Shown: one piece after another, positions 10,422 through 24,217 of the stretch
Layout of the letters: every line of letters starts with the position of its first letter
How positions within the stretch are numbered: the first letter of the stretch is position 1
NCBI GenBank assembly: GCA_043228905.1
Contig: JBHGNT010000004.1
Span: 6,014,001-6,078,000, forward strand
Direction: 5' to 3'
Source of the DNA: Azolla caroliniana
Lineage: Eukaryota > Plantae > Polypodiophyta
DNA length: 64,000 bases
Notes under the pieces: generated by a model
What the model saw: the letters and a program-made list of their open reading frames with translations, nothing else
Told to the model about the DNA's origin: nothing
Databases searched by the model: none
Translations under genes and position numbers: made by a program

Positions 10422-13300
10422 AATACGTCCTGGAAATCCGTTAGCAGCGCCACCATTGCCTTCTTTTCCTCGTTCGGCAACTCTTTTGCCACGTTGACTG
10501 GTCTGGGCTTGTCCGTTGTACCGAGGTCCACCTCCTCCAGTTGGGATGCCTTCACCCTCTGGGATATTGTCATTTCTCTTTCTAATGACTCTTGTGCTTG
10601 ACGCAGTTCCCGGATCGCTGCCTGATCCGGTTCGTCCGGTTCTGGCATCGTGATATACGGTTCTACCGCCGCCGTGATGTCGACCTCAAATAGCGGTACA
10701 ATTCGTGGGTGTCCCTCTAGGTAGCGATCGACCTCGTCATCTGGTAACCCTTCCAACATATTGATACTCTCCGCGTATAATGGGGTTGCTTCTTTGCTGG
10801 CGATTGCTCGTGGTTGCGTAGCTACGCGTACCTTTGTTTTTCGACGCCGGAAAGTGATGATGTTCTTTTGCCAGTTCTGTTTAATATGGGCCGTTCGTAG
10901 CCATGGTCGTCCCAGCAGCAGAGGATACGCTCCTTGCACGTTCAGCTGAAGCACGACGGCCGATATGTAGAATACGTGGCCTCCGATTGCGACCTCCAAC
11001 TCCCGGATAAGCCCGGTCGGTCGGATTGAGCTGGTATCTGCCATGCGTAACCAAAAAGGACATGGTTCCCATTCCCGGATGCCCAGGTTATCGCATGTTT
11101 GCCGGCTGATGACGTTTACTCCTGATCCCCCGTCAATGATCGTTCCGGCGATTTCCTTCCCTTTCACAATTGTTGTGATTGCCGGGCTGCTTGTGTCTAC
11201 CACTGTCGGTCCTTCTTCCGGATTGGAGAAAAATGCCGGTGCTGATGTCGGCTTTGGTTTGATGACGGCTGCCTGTAGATCTGCCGTGAACCGAGGTACC
11301 AACTGAAGTAGTCGTGCCAATGGCAGCACGATCTGACAGTCCTGGAGTGCTTGCCACATCGGGTTTTCTACTGGCTGTGTGATTTCTTCCTCCCTTGGCG
11401 TGTTCTGGTCTCTTATCTCCGCCACATTTTGTTCATTGGTCTTCTTGATCCATTGCGCCGCTTGCTTCCTAATTGCCTCCTGGGCTTCCCATTCAGCAAC
11501 CTTCCCTTTTGACTGGGTCATGACTTGCTGCACATCGGTTACTTCGGCAGTAACCATATTGACTGCCGGCTGTTTTTCATTTGTCTTGCTTGGGCATTGA
11601 TTACTGTAATGCCCCTCTTTCCAGCAGTAATAACAATGCACTTTGTGATTGTTACTTGATTCTGCTCTGTCTCCGGTTTGGGAGGTGGGTATAACCTGAC
11701 GGTTGTCTTCGTCTTTCCGGTTATCCGGTGCCGATGTCGGGTTGCCATTCCTTGCTGCTTCCCGGCGTTCTTCTCTTCGGAAAAATCCTCGCTTTTGATT
11801 CCGTCGGAAGTTTCGGTTCCCCTGGCATTTATCGTCTCTGCGTCGGTCATAGTCCAGGGAGTCGTCCCGCTCATACCGGTCCCTACGATAGTCATCTTTG
11901 CGTTTGTCGTCGCGGTCATAGTTATCGCGTCGTCGATTAGTATATTTGTCGCCACGTTCACGTTGGTCGCGGTCGTTTCTCTGGAATCGATCTTCTTCCG
12001 GGTCCTGATTATTGCGCGGTTCTATGTGTCGGACCGGTGCAGCCTGCCGATTAAGCAAGTTGTACTCGCAGCGGTCCGTTGTATGTGCCCGAGAGTTACA
12101 GATCATACACTGTGTGCGCAGAGTGTAGTCGACCATTGAGTGGCCCGAATTGAGGCACGTCGTGCACTGCAGGGCCTGCCAGAACCTCAAATCTTCTTCC
12201 TTCGGAAGTGCCCGGTGTCACATCCCTAATGACATGAATGAGCTGTTTTTGTCCACTGTGCTCGTACGGAAGTCAAGGACTCCGCACATTGTTCGTAGTG
12301 GCTCTCTTAACGCAGCCAAAAATATTGCTTTGGCTTCGTCCTCAGGAGGTGCTCTTGTCAATTGGTTGTGCAGGGTCTGGAACCGGATTATAAACTGTGG
12401 CATAGTTTCGTGCTCTTCCTGCCGGGTGGTATAGAATTGCCCGACCAATTCCCTTTGTTCGACTTGTTTGTGGAAAAGCCGAAGGAATTTGGCCTTCAAG
12501 GCGTCAAATGTGGCAAAGCTGCCCGGTAAATGCTTTGCTTGCCATCGGGCGGCCGGTCCTTCTAATGTCATGCCGAATTCGGCGACTTTGGATCGTTCGG
12601 CCTCGGCCTCCGTCAATCTTTGAGAAACATGGTTGGCTTCCCATGTTTGGAGGAATGCGTAGACATGCGCCTCCGCGTCGGGATCATCCCGGTACTTTGT
12701 GTACGGATACGACATCGTGTCGTCCAAATGACTCTCCTGCTATCTCTGCTCTTTCTCCGCGGTTGGTGTCGGTGTCCGATCCTTCGGTTCCTCTGCGGGT
12801 GGTGTCGGTGTCCGATCCTTTGGTTCCTCCGCGGGTGGTGTTGGTATCCGATCCTTCGGTTCCTCCGCGGGTGGTGTCGATGTCCTATCAGCCTCTCTCG
12901 GCGATTGCCGGTCACCAAACTTCACTTGGTTATTTCTTCCGTTGGCTCCGGTGTTAATGAGTCGTCCGACTCTTCTTCCACCGAGTCGTTCGGTGTGTTG
13001 TGGCTGCTTTTAAACTGGGACTCAACGCTTTCGCCGCTGTCCGAATCCGACTCTAGTGTTGCAAATGCCTCTGCGTCTCTGTCGCCACCGGCGAGTGTCT
13101 ATAGTATTGATTCCGCCTCCTGCAGGCTTGTTATGCTGCTGCCCTCGTCAGAGAATTGCAGATTTCGGAATTGCAGCGCTTCTTCTGCGACTCTCCGAAG
13201 AGTTCTGGAAAATGACCGATCCTGCCGGATTTCGTCGGCGGCTTGCTGCAAGGCTTCCCGTCGTTGCTGTCGTTCGGCGCATCGTCTCCCTCGTTCGGTG
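10422..13300 (-). pseudogene. gag-protease region of gypsy A
   Basis: ORFs 12218-12727 (retrotransposon gag-like) and 10412-12190 (zinc knuckles, DGGSG protease), frameshifted. Confidence 0.85.
12755..12890 (-). repeat. 36-bp tandem repeat (~3.5 copies) encoding TPTPPAEEPKDR
   Basis: ggtggtgtcggtgtccgatccttcggttcctccgcg repeated; ORF 12740-12925. Confidence 0.85.
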
Positions 13301-13363
13301 ATGTGGTCGCCGTTCGGTCTAGACATCCATCCCCCAGTTGTTCTCTGCACTTTGCAGGGAATC

Positions 13364-13373
13364 GTGGTCGCCA
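13364..13373 (-). promoter_or_regulatory. Primer binding site of gypsy A, probably tRNA-Arg
   Basis: Minus strand TGGCGACCAC a few nt after the LTR end (...ACA at 13380). Confidence 0.65.
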
Positions 13374-13379
13374 AAATAG

Positions 13380-13800
13380 TGTTGTACTGCTTGCCGGACT
13401 AGCCCCAACACAGGTGTCTTTCCGACACTTCTCCAAAGGGTGGTAAGGTTAGGATGTTAGAACACACGCGTAAGATAATTATAATTAGCACAGACGGTAA
13501 GACAATACAGACACTAAGATAATTACGCAATGGCTAAACTTGTATTACTTCCGTCAACATCATTACAATTCATCGGATCCTTTTATAGGCATCCGACAAG
13601 GTTACAAAACGGTGTGCTTAGGCAACCGACATCCGAATCGGTCCGGATCCGGATCGGTACAACTGTACCGGATCCGTCCCTCCGAATAATAATCCTACTA
13701 ATATTTACTTATTATCTCTCTATCCGATTCCGGCTTGCCACTTGTCCTTCCTCTTCTGACCGGCCAAAAGGGGGAGGCAAAGCCTAAAAGACAGAGACAC
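13380..13800 (-). repeat. 5' LTR of gypsy A (outer end uncertain or truncated)
   Basis: TGT at 13380 next to the PBS; minus-strand TATAAAA at ~13581-13587; second LTR not in the window. Confidence 0.6.
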
Positions 13801-14690
13801 GCACATGGGCCGATTTCGTGAAAGGTCTGGAAATTGAAGAAGAGTTGGAGACAACCAACTCGGTCAAGAGCGGGAATGAATTGGGGACAACCAATTCGGT
13901 TGAGAGCAGAAGTGAATTGAGGTCACTTGATCCAATTGAAAAGTTTGACTCAGAGGAGCCGAACCTACGATGGTTCAAGCGGACAAAAGGAGACCAGAAG
14001 ACGATGCCGATACAGAGGAATCGACGGGTTGTGAAGCGTCGGCACCACAACAACAAGGGAGCTGATAAGGGCCGAAGGAGCAGACAAGCCAATCGAGAAG
14101 GTCGAGGAGCGCAGAACCGGACGACTCGAGGAAAGTAGGACTGAACCGAACAAGGAGCGCGAGCTAGGAGAGGGGGCGCCAGGAGGAGCCGGAGGAGAGG
14201 TCCCACTGCCACTAACACTGACCTTGACGCAATGATCCGACCTCATGTTGAGCTTGAGAGGGAGTGTTGAGCGAACAAGCTCAACCGGATCCGGATCACC
14301 TTAATAAGCTAGAGCTAGATCGTATCCAGATAGTATCGAGAAGCTAGAGCCGGATCCGGGATCCGGATGAACGTGTGAACCGGCAGGCCGTTAGAGGCGT
14401 ACGCATCTAAGACTACTAGGTAGTTATGGTTCTCATAGTTAGAGTTAGTAGCTTAGTATGAGCATTGAAGTACCTATCAGTACTTCGGTTAGTCCTTTAA
14501 AGGACTTGTATAAATAGTGTTCTTGAGCACATTGTATGTACAGAGCGTTTTTTAGTGTTTTCGGAATATACACGTTTCTATATTCTACTCTAACTCTGTC
14601 TCTCCCATGTAAGGTTTCCATTAAACCTTTATCTGTATTCTTGTGATATCCGGATGAGCCGGTTTTGTCTTGACTTCCGCAATCGTATTC
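13801..14690 (+). mobile_element. 3' remnant of a copia-type element: PPT and truncated LTR starting at 14265
   Basis: GAGAGGGAG followed by TGTTGAGC at 14265; this LTR resembles the reverse complement of 17456-17890 (gagccggttt(t)gtct, tttaaaggacttgtataaa). Confidence 0.65.
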
Positions 14691-15257
14691 TTTTGCAATT
14701 CAGGCAAAGGAAGGAACAAGCAAAGAAGTCCACAAGAAAAGACAAGTCTCATACGAGATCCAAGTCAAGGGGTAAGCTTACATGCTTTCATTGTGGAAAG
14801 CCTGGACATTTTCAGAAGGACTGTAGACACTTTAATAAGGACAAAGGTGTCTCAAATGATGTCGAGTTCAGAAAGATTTCTGATGAAAAGGGCATTTCAG
14901 CCATGGCTACAAGCAAAGTGGAACTGTTGTTCATTTGCGAGCAAGCAAGTGAAAACCTTGCAAATGAAGAGAGCACTTGGGTGGTTGACTCCGGTGCACC
15001 ACATTCCACACAACTCCTTCTAGAGTGTGGTTCTCGTGTTACATAGGCGATGACTATGGTTATGTGAAGATGGGAGATAATGGAGAATGCAGGATTGCTA
15101 GCATAGGAGGTGTGTGCCTAACAACGTTGACTAGTTATTGGCTGACCCTAAGGGATGTTTGACATATCCCTAATATCAAACTGAATCTGATATCAACTCA
15201 AAGATTGGATGATGAAGGCTACAATGGTAGTTTTCAAAATGGCAAATGGAAGTTTTG
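14691..15257 (+). pseudogene. Copia gag-protease fragment related to element B
   Basis: TCFHCGKPGHFQKDC, WVVDSGA, then a degenerate LDDEGY-type segment. Confidence 0.8.
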
Positions 15258-17890
15258 TCGAGTGAAGCTGACGAAATATCGGCTACCCCAAGACTTGCAT
15301 TTTGTGTTGGTCCCCATACATCTGAATGTACCAAGTTGAGCTTGTTACATCTCCGGTTTTGCTCATTGGGGAATGGAAGTGAGTGATGCTTCCCGAGTTG
15401 GCAGGCTTCACAAATTCGGCCCTTCCAGCCACTGAATTTTGGTAGTCCGAACACCACCTATTTCGACTGTAGGTCCTGAAGCCTTTGGTAATTGATGTGG
15501 CCAATCCGTTTGTGCTACCGGTCGATATCTGACTCGACCTTATGTCCTTTTGCGAATAAAGTGGTGCCGACGTCATTGGTGTCGAGGATAAACATCCTCC
15601 CGCCCCGACGTCCTTGCACGATTATCTAGCCCTCCTCCTCAATGAAGCACCCGAGATGTGTGAATCTAACTTGTATCCCTTGTTCGATGATCTATCTGTC
15701 ATGGCAAGACTCGAACCCATGACTTTATGCTACATGGGTCGAGCTCTTACCATTAGATTATGAATTGTATTTTGTAGGATATTATTTTCATTTATACTTT
15801 ATCATAGAAAATTGATGTATATTCCAGATCTCTCTGGAACATTCTAGAAGCTTCAGGATTATTCCTAAAAACACTATAAAAGGAGGCACAAGGCATTGTT
15901 TTGAACCAAATTGGTTCAACGCCAGTCTTAAGCCTCTTAGCCGCTTGTACTTATCTTTTCACATAATATATTACTTGCTGTCATCATCTCTCTCTCTCTC
16001 TCTCAATCTTGCTATCTCTCTCTCTCTCCTCTTCTCACTTCCTCTCTCGGGAATCTTACGCAGTCCCGTCCTCTTAGTACTAATAGTACTGTTGTTCTTA
16101 GTACTAATTCCATCTCTGTTTTAGAACTATTCCTGACACTATCCGACCGACACCAGGTTCTTCGTAATTGTCGTCCAGAACATGTAACACAATCATCGGC
16201 TTCCCTTTTTGTCCAACATGACTTAAGGGGACTTCTCCAACATGTTCGATTAGATGACGGGTATCGTACCTGGTTTCGACGACTCCCGATTACTCCGGTT
16301 TTTCCAAATATGAGAACCACTCTTTGTGACTCTTCATGTGATTAGACACTCCAGAGTCAACTACTTCATCGAGTTCACCTTGTGCTTCATCACGAAGCCT
16401 AGTCCTTTTCCGGTTTTTCCGGTTCCAAATCCTTCATATCCTTCTGCGTAGTGTGAACTCTGCCAATTCCCTTGTCCGGCCTTACCGGATCTGGATTTAT
16501 CCGAATTATCTGAATCAGCGCGCTTCTTCCGGCACTCGCTTTCTCGGTGTCTTTTCTTGCCACAGTACTAACACTTCGTATCGGTTTTCGATTGCCGGTT
16601 TCTAGCGTCGCCTTGACTCCCCCTGCTCATGGAGGGTTCGAAATTGCTTTCGGCATTATCTCTGTGCCTCCGATTCTAATCTTGTCAGGCAACGCTATTG
16701 CGTGCCGATCCACCTCGTCCTCCGTGTCCATGGGGCCAATCTGTGTCCATGTATAACATCTGATTATCTGGTTCAGTGGTCCTCAACCCACTCGCGTGGT
16801 TTTCTTCGACCATTAGCATTGATTGTAGGTTGAAAAATGACGATGGTTTCTCTCGAGTGCAAATCGTCGTCCGGATAGGCCCGTACTTTTGCGATAAACC
16901 ACCGAGCCAGATCTAAACCATTTCTTCCTCGCCCACCGTCACGTGGATGGACCCTAGTGCATCACAGATCTCCTTGATCTTGATGGTGTAGTCTGTAACT
17001 GACATGTCCCTTTGCCGGATGTTGTTGAGCTATTGTCAGAGCTGCAACTTCTGGGCCATGGTACTGGTAGCACAAATCTTTTTCAGATTTTCCTAGGCTT
17101 CTTTCGGTGACTTCGCATCTCTGTGTTGCCGAGCATCTAATCGTGCACATAGGATGCGAGGCAGTACAACACCATGCTCAGTCCTTGCTCCCATACCGAG
17201 AAGTCCTTGTGTCACTCGGCGCTAGTTCGTTCGCTCCTTCGACGTAACTCTAGTAACTGTGCCCCAACCGGTACTGGTGCATCTTGTACGACCAAGATGC
17301 ATATTTGTTCCTGTCGAAATTCTCAGTCAGGAGCGAGCTTGTCATCCCTCTATCCATATCTTCTTCTTGTTCTTACCGGGTGTTAGGTTTGGGCTTGTCT
17401 TTGACGAATTGCTTGTCAGCAGTAGAGGATTCTTAACCCTTGCGCTCTAATACCATGTGAAAGTTAATGTGTGGAAGCTTAGACAAACCGGCTCAGCCAG
17501 ATAGCAATAGAAAATAGAACTAAGGTTTATTGGAAAGCTTAAATTACACACCGAGTGTGCGCGGGAGACAAAGAGAGAGCAGAACAACATAAAACTCAAA
17601 TTACAAAATATCACTCTGTAAATATAGCTCAGAGAGCACTTTTATACAAGTCCTTAAAAGGACTGACAGAAGTACTAACAAGTACTTCAATGGTCGTACT
17701 GAGCTACTGACACTAACTCCTAGGATAACTACCTAGTAGTCTAGGAGTGTAGACCTCCAATGGCCTACTCGTTCGTACATGCCAATTCGGCTCTCTTCTC
17801 CGAGCACCAATTCAGTTCTTGGTTCCGGATACCGATCTAGCTCAGGGTTACTCAGTCGATTTGGATCAGGTTGAGCTTGCCAACTCAACA
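15258..17890 (-). mobile_element. 5' half of a decayed copia (LTR 17456-17890, iMet-type PBS 17444-17455, gag, protease, start of integrase)
   Basis: Minus strand TGTTGAG...CACA then TGGTATTAGAGC; CEACQLGK...VHSDVWGP in ORF 15176-15457. Confidence 0.8.
15697..16138 (+). mobile_element. Solo LTR of a chromovirus-like family (442 bp)
   Basis: TGTCA...TGACA termini; 5-bp TSD CTATC at 15692-15696 and 16139-16143; shares HSE-TATA-ttcaacRccagtctt layout with the chromovirus LTRs. Confidence 0.9.
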
Positions 17891-20535
17891 AAGTTGATAT
17901 TTCGTCTACTTCATCGACGACTATAGCCGACACACCTAGATCTATCTCATAAGGAAGAAGAGTGACGCCTTCGACAATTTCCGGAACTTGAAAAGCATAG
18001 TGGAAAGGGAAACAAAGAGAAAGATCAAGTGTCTGTGGTCGGATGGCGGAATAGAATAATTTTTTGGCCAGTTCAATTGTTATCTGCAATAAATGGGAAT
18101 TCGACATGAATTCATCTACAGTTATACGCTGGTGTCGTGAAGAAAACCGTCCCTAGGCGGAAACCGAGTTTAGCATGTGTAAACCGGCCCTTACACGTGA
18201 GCACACTTTTCGTTGTATAGTAAGTAGGTAGGTACAAGTCGGTTGAGGTGAAATCCTAGGTAGCACGCATTCAATAGGAAGAGAATCGAATTGTATCTCT
18301 GTCCGAAAGGACAGAGAATTAATATGATGTAATGGATGATAACGGCCTCCCTCCTTGGGCTATAAAAGAGAGGGAGAGGAATGAAAAAGGTATCGCGCGT
18401 TAGAGAGGACGAAGTGTTGCCGGACCGGGACCGAGCCCTTCTCCTCTGCCACTCTCCATAGCCATTTTTGCGCAGGTATTCGGGAGGTTGACTCTGCTCC
18501 GTGGAACGCCTGTGTGCTTCCGGTTGAGTCTCCATCTCACTCTTCTGTGTGTGTGAGTGAACAGGCGTCGGTGTCCGCCTTGTCGGCCTGTTAGTTGTAA
18601 CCGCCTTGATATATATATAAATTTATATACATACGTGTTCATATACTCGGACTTCTAGTCGTCTCGTTTTGTTGTGTTGTTGGACTGTGATTCCTGTGTG
18701 CTCCTATGTTAGTGCGTGTGCAAGTGTGTCCGTTGCCTTTCCGTTGTCCTCCTTCTCAGCTATTTCTCGGTCCAAGGCCCCGGTGGTCCTGCCTCGTTCT
18801 CCACGCACGCGCGTAACAACGCGACACTGGGGTAGAACGAGCCGAAAGGAGGTACCAGTCAATCATGGGAGCGTCACGGGCAATGGCGGAAAAGAAGAGC
18901 ATGCCCAAATTTTACTAGGCCAAAGTCATTCGGATGGTAGTGTACATCCAGAATTGGATCTCTACACATGGAGAGACTGTGTTGGCACATGAGTTGTATT
19001 TTGAGCGAAGCCCGAACATAAGTTACCTAAGGGTATTCAACATTATTGCATATGTGCATGTGTTGGATGAGAAGCAGAAGAAGCTAGATGACAAGTCAGA
19101 GAAATGCATCCTGTTCAGCTACTCACATGAACAGAAGGAGTACAAATGTTATAACCCCCGGACGAAGCAAGTATGAGTAAGCTGCAACGTCATCTTCGAT
19201 GAATCGGTGTCCCGGTACTCCCTTCCATCTCGTACCCCGACTCTAGAGGATGAGGGAGAGATAATCTTGGAGGAAGAGGAAGAGATCCAGACTCTAGAAA
19301 AGAGTTTGATCTCATTCCGACTAAGTGGGCCGAGTGAGGAGCTGAACCGAGATGACGAGCCATTTGATGAGCTGACAAGCGATGGGCACTCGGCCGTGCA
19401 ATCCCCATGGTGGAAGCCAAGGAAGCTGCTTAACCACAAAGAGAAAGGGAAAAAGAAAATGATGGAGCACGACAACCTTGAAGCCACGTTTGATCAGAGT
19501 GAATCTGATGAGGGCATGAGAGAAGACGAACCTCTGGGGCAGAGATCGGAATCGGCCACGAGAGTCTTGAAGATGGCCAACAAAAGTCATTACCGACATG
19601 ACCTTATTGAAATCAATCAAGTCAAGTCCCAGTTGTTGGTTGCATTTGAGGTGAAGGATTTGGGGGACCTTCACTAATTCCTCAGGATCGAAGTGATCCG
19701 CAACCTAGAAGGCATACTAAAATTCAATGACACTATGTTTTGAGTATGCTCTTCAAGTTTGGCATAATGGACTGTAAATCTGTTGCAACTCCTCTTGACA
19801 GGAATGTCAGGATCCGCGTTGAATCGGGAATGATATGCGATCCGACACGATTCTGAGAGATAGTCAGAAGCCTGATATACTTGACTATCACTCGCCTAGA
19901 CTGATCAACTATCCAGTCAAACTGATCAGTCAGTTCATGTCACAAGCGTCAACGGAGCATCTTCAGTGCATGCATCGAATATTGCAATATGTGACCAGCA
20001 GGAAGGATCGTGGATTGCTATACCGGCAAGACATCACTGAACAGTTGGTCCACTACACAGATGTCGATTGGGCTGGAGATGCCAAGGATCACTGATCAAC
20101 ATTCAGTTTTATGTTCTCCCTTGGGAGTGCAGCGATAGCGTGGAGCAGCAAGAAGTAGCTGATAATGGCCCTGTCGAGCACAGAGGCTGAGTACAGAGGT
20201 GCCACCATTGCCACGTGCGAGGATATATGGCTCAAATGACTATTGCAGGATTTACATGTCAAAGTTGCAGATCCAATCCCGATCTATTGTGAACCTTGGT
20301 AGCATGCAGCTACCAAAGAATCCCATGTTCCATGCTCGCACGAAACACATAGAAGTGCATTATCACTTTGTGCGCGAGCGGGTCCTGAGAGGTGAGGTCG
20401 AACTACTATATATTTGGACCGATCGGTAGGTGGCAGATATTTTCACCAAGGCCCTTGGACTTGACAAGTTGCAGCACTTCTCTGAGATGCTTGGACTTCA
20501 ACACCTCAAAGTGCCACACTTAAAAAGGAGAGCAA
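17891..20535 (+). pseudogene. Decayed copia integrase-RT-RNase H fragment with internal RT deletion
   Basis: FIDDYSR, LRVFNIIAYVHV...KLDDKSEKC, KDLGDLH, YTDVDWAGD, FHARTKHIEVHYHF; many stops. Confidence 0.85.
18133..18826 (+). mobile_element. Solo LTR (694 bp) of the tRNA-Trp-primed gypsy family
   Basis: TGTCG...CGACA; 4-bp TSD CTGG at 18129-18132 and 18827-18830; highly similar to LTR 58682-59375. Confidence 0.93.
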
Positions 20536-20539
20536 TCGG

Positions 20540-23500
20540 GAGATTATATGAGAATCTATAAAACTATTTTCAAAAGACCTTCTACTATTGTGTGAATGTT
20601 TTGAATTGTTCATCACAAAAATTCTAAATGAGTCATCGTTTCAATAGGATACAAGTGTATGAAACTATTTTCAAAAGAACTTCTACTACCATGTGAATGT
20701 TTTGATTTGCTCATCTAATCGGGAGATTAGATGAAAATCTATGAAACTCTTTTCAAAAGACCTTCTACTACCATGTGAATGTTTTGAATTGTTCATCACT
20801 AAAATTCTAAATGAGTCATCGTTTCAATAGGATAGAAGTTTATGAAACTATTATTAAAAGAACTTCTACTACCATGTGAATGTTTTGATTTTTTCATCCA
20901 CAAAATTCTAAATGAGTCATAGTTACAAATAGAAGACGTAGTTTTATGGGTTTGTTAAGGATGGGGTGAGAGTGTCTCGAACTCTCGACCTTAGGATTTC
21001 TCGAAGCTATGAGACCTACTCTCTAACCGACTGTGCCACCACCACAATGATGAGTTCACTTTCTATATAACGTAAACGTGTTGATTAATTCATCACACAA
21101 ATTCGGAATGACTACTCTAAAAAATAAGACGTAATTTAATGGGTTTTGTTACGTAGGATAGAAATGTATGAAACTATTTTCGAAACAACTTCTACTACCA
21201 TGTGAATGTTTTGATTTGTTCATCACAAAAATTCTAAATGACTCATCTTTACATAGAGAAGGCGTTGTTTAATAATAGGTTTCTTAAGAATGGGGTGAGA
21301 TAGTCTCGACCTCTCGACCTCAGAATTTCTCGACGCTATGAGACCTACGCGCTAGCCAACTACGCCACCACCCCAATGGTGAGTGTAGTTTTATATAATG
21401 TAAATGTGTTGATTTATTCATCACAAAAATTCGGAATGACTAATCTAAAAAAGAGGACGCAATTTAATGGGTTTTCTTAAGTAGGATTAAAGTGTAGGAA
21501 ACTTTTTCGACACAACTTCTACTACCATGAGAATGTTTTGATTTGTCTATCACAAATATACTAAATGAATCATATTTACATACAGTCGTTTAATAATGGG
21601 TTTGTTAAGAATGGAGCGAGACAATGTTGAACTCCCGACCTAAGAATTTCTCAACGCGATGAAACCTACACGCTCGCCAACTGCACTGCGCCACCACCCC
21701 ATTCATGGGTGTGATTTCATTATACTTAATACAAACTAATTGTGTGATATAAGTGTTTCAACATAGACAAGAGTGTATCAAACTATTTTTGAGATTCAGA
21801 GTTTCTACTATCATATAAATGTTTTAATTTCTTCACCATGAAAATTCGACATGAGGAATTTAAAAAAGAAGACGTAGTTTAATGGATTTGTTAAGTCCTA
21901 TAGAAGTGTATAATACTATTTTTCAAAACAATTTCTAATATCATGTGAATGTTTTGCATTGCTCATCACACAAATTCTAAATGAGCCATCTAACACAAAA
22001 GAGTTGGTTTAATAGGTTTATTATGAACGGGGAGAGACGAGCTTAAATTCTCAACCTTAGTATTTCTCGAAGCTACGAGACCTACGCGATAACCAAAAGT
22101 AACACCATCCCATTCATGAGTGTCATTTGTACTATCATGTAAATGTTAAGAATAGGATTGGTCAATCCGGTTGACCGACTTCTTCCAATAGGAAGGTAAA
22201 ATACCTAACCTTATTGAGAATGAGGTGAGAGAGGTGACGCTCGAACTCTATGTCAAGATATCTCAAAGCTATGAGACCTACGTGCTAGCCAACTGCGCCA
22301 CCACCCCAGTGATTAGTGCACTTTCTATATAATGTAAATGTGTTGATTTATTCATCACATAAATTCGAAATGACTAATCTTAAAAAGAGGACGTAATTTA
22401 ATGGGTTTTGTTAAGTAGGATTCAAGTATATGAAACTTTCTTAAAACAACTTCTACTACCATGAGAATGTTTTGATTTGTATATCACAAATATACTAAAT
22501 GAGTCATTGTTTAATTAGGATAGAAGTGTATGAAACTATTTTCGAAATAACTTCTACTAACCATGTGAAGGTTTTGATTTGTTCATCATAAAAATTCTAA
22601 ATGAGTCATGTTTACATAGAGAAGACGTAGTTTAATAAGGGGTTTCTTAAGACTGGGGAGAGAGAGTCTCGAACTTTCAACCTCGGGATTTCTTGAAGCT
22701 ATGAGACCTACGCGCTAGTGAACTGCGCCACCACTCTAGTAATAAGTACACTTTCTATGTGATGCAAACGTTTGATTTATTCATCACACAAATCATGTAA
22801 ACGTGTTGATTTATTCAAATAATTTCTGCTACCATGAGAATGTTTTGATTTGTATATCACAAATATACTAAATGAGTCCTATTTACATACAATAGTTTAA
22901 TAGTGGGTTTGTTAAGAATGGCGTGAGAGAATGTCGAGCTCCTAACCTAAGGATTTCTCAACGGTATGAGACCTACGCGCTCGCCAACTGCGCCAGCACC
23001 CCATTGATGAGTGTGATTTCATCTTACTTGAGAAAAACTAATTGTGTGATATAAGTGTTTCAACATAAAGAAGAGGAGTGTATGAAACTATTTTTAATAT
23101 TCAGAGTTTCTACTATCCTATAAATGTTTTAAGTTCTTCATCAGGCAAATTCGAAATGAGGAATTTAAAAGAGAAGACATAGTTTAATGGCTTTGTTAAG
23201 TGGTGTAGAAGTGTAGAATACTATTTTTCAAAAGAATTTCTACTATCATGTGAATGTTTTGCATTGTTCATCACACAAATTCGAAATGAGCCATTGAACA
23301 CAAAAGATGTAGTTGACTGGCTTTGTTATGAATGGAGTGAGTTGGTCTCAAAATCTCAACCTCACGATTTGTTGAAGCTATGAGACCTAAGAGCATGCAA
23401 AAAGTACCACCACCCAATTCATGGTTGTCATTTATACTATCACGTAAATGTTAAGAATAGGGTTTGTCGATCCGATTGACGAACTTTTCCTAATAGGAAG

Positions 23501-23591
23501 GAAAAAACACCTAACATTATTGAGAATGGGGTGAGAGAGGTGAGGCTCGAACTCTCAACCTCAAGATATCTTGGAGCTATGAGACCTACGT
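20540..23591 (-). repeat. tRNA-Met(e)-derived satellite, block 1 (9 tRNA-like copies)
   Basis: Copies at ~20962, 21291, 21612, 22028, 22221, 22654, 22919, 23333, 23527, separated by the recurring spacer ttctactaccatgtgaatgttttgatttgttcatcac. Confidence 0.92.
21291..21374 (-). pseudogene. Degenerate intron-containing tRNA-Met(CAU) copy
   Basis: GGGGTGGTGGCGTAGTTGGCTAGCGCGTAGGTCTCATA...TCACCCCA on minus; B box mutated. Confidence 0.85.
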
Positions 23592-24177
23592 TGTCGTGAA
23601 GCTTTTCGGCTATAGTGTGAAACCGGGGTGGAATGGGCAAGTTGGTGGTGTGCAACATGTGCACATGTATAGGAGGAAAACGGTGTATAATATAAGGGGG
23701 AGTATTTATCCCACATTGTAATGTCCCTCCCTCCTTGGGCTATAAAAGGAAGGGAGGGGTCTCTTATGAAGGTTGTTGCCTATTTTGATTGAGAGAGGTA
23801 TACCACTTAGGTCGAGGGGTTCTATTCGGTTTTAGGGTTTCTTCTAGGGTTTTCTTCTTGGGTTTCTTTAGGGTTTCTATGCTTCTTTGCTTACTTATCT
23901 GGTTAGGGTTTTCTTGTACTCATTTTTGGGGGTGCAGCCTATGCGGCCTTGGTGGTAATATTTGTGAACTCTTAATATAGTATGTTGATGTTTCTTGTCT
24001 TGTGGGTGTATCTTGCCTCCATCTATTCTACTCTATGTTTATGTGTCATTCTTCCTCTTCTCCTCTTGAGCTAATCTTTCATTTTGGGGCTTATTCCTTC
24101 TCCTCTACTCCCTAGTCCAAGACCCCCGTGGTCCCGCCTCGGATCCTACACGCGCTCGCGGAATATCGCAACATCTT

Positions 24178-24195
24178 TGGTGAACCCGACGTGAA
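24178..24195 (+). promoter_or_regulatory. Primer binding site, tRNA-Trp
   Basis: TGGTGAACCCGACGTGAA, complementary to the plant tRNA-Trp 3' end as recalled. Confidence 0.85.
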
Positions 24196-24217
24196 GAGGC
24201 GGCAAGGGAGGACAGAG

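Larger units (their letters stand above)
1..13800 (-). mobile_element. Non-chromoviral Ty3/gypsy retrotransposon (element A), decayed, interrupted by an intact copia; 3' end runs off the window
   Basis: Minus-strand order gag (CCHC CYYCWKEGHYSNQC), protease (IIDGGSG), RT (FLDGFSGY, VFLDDF), RNase H (VDAS), integrase (WGLDFVGP, GPF) and a 3' extra ORF; PBS at 13364-13373; right boundary approximate. Confidence 0.9.
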
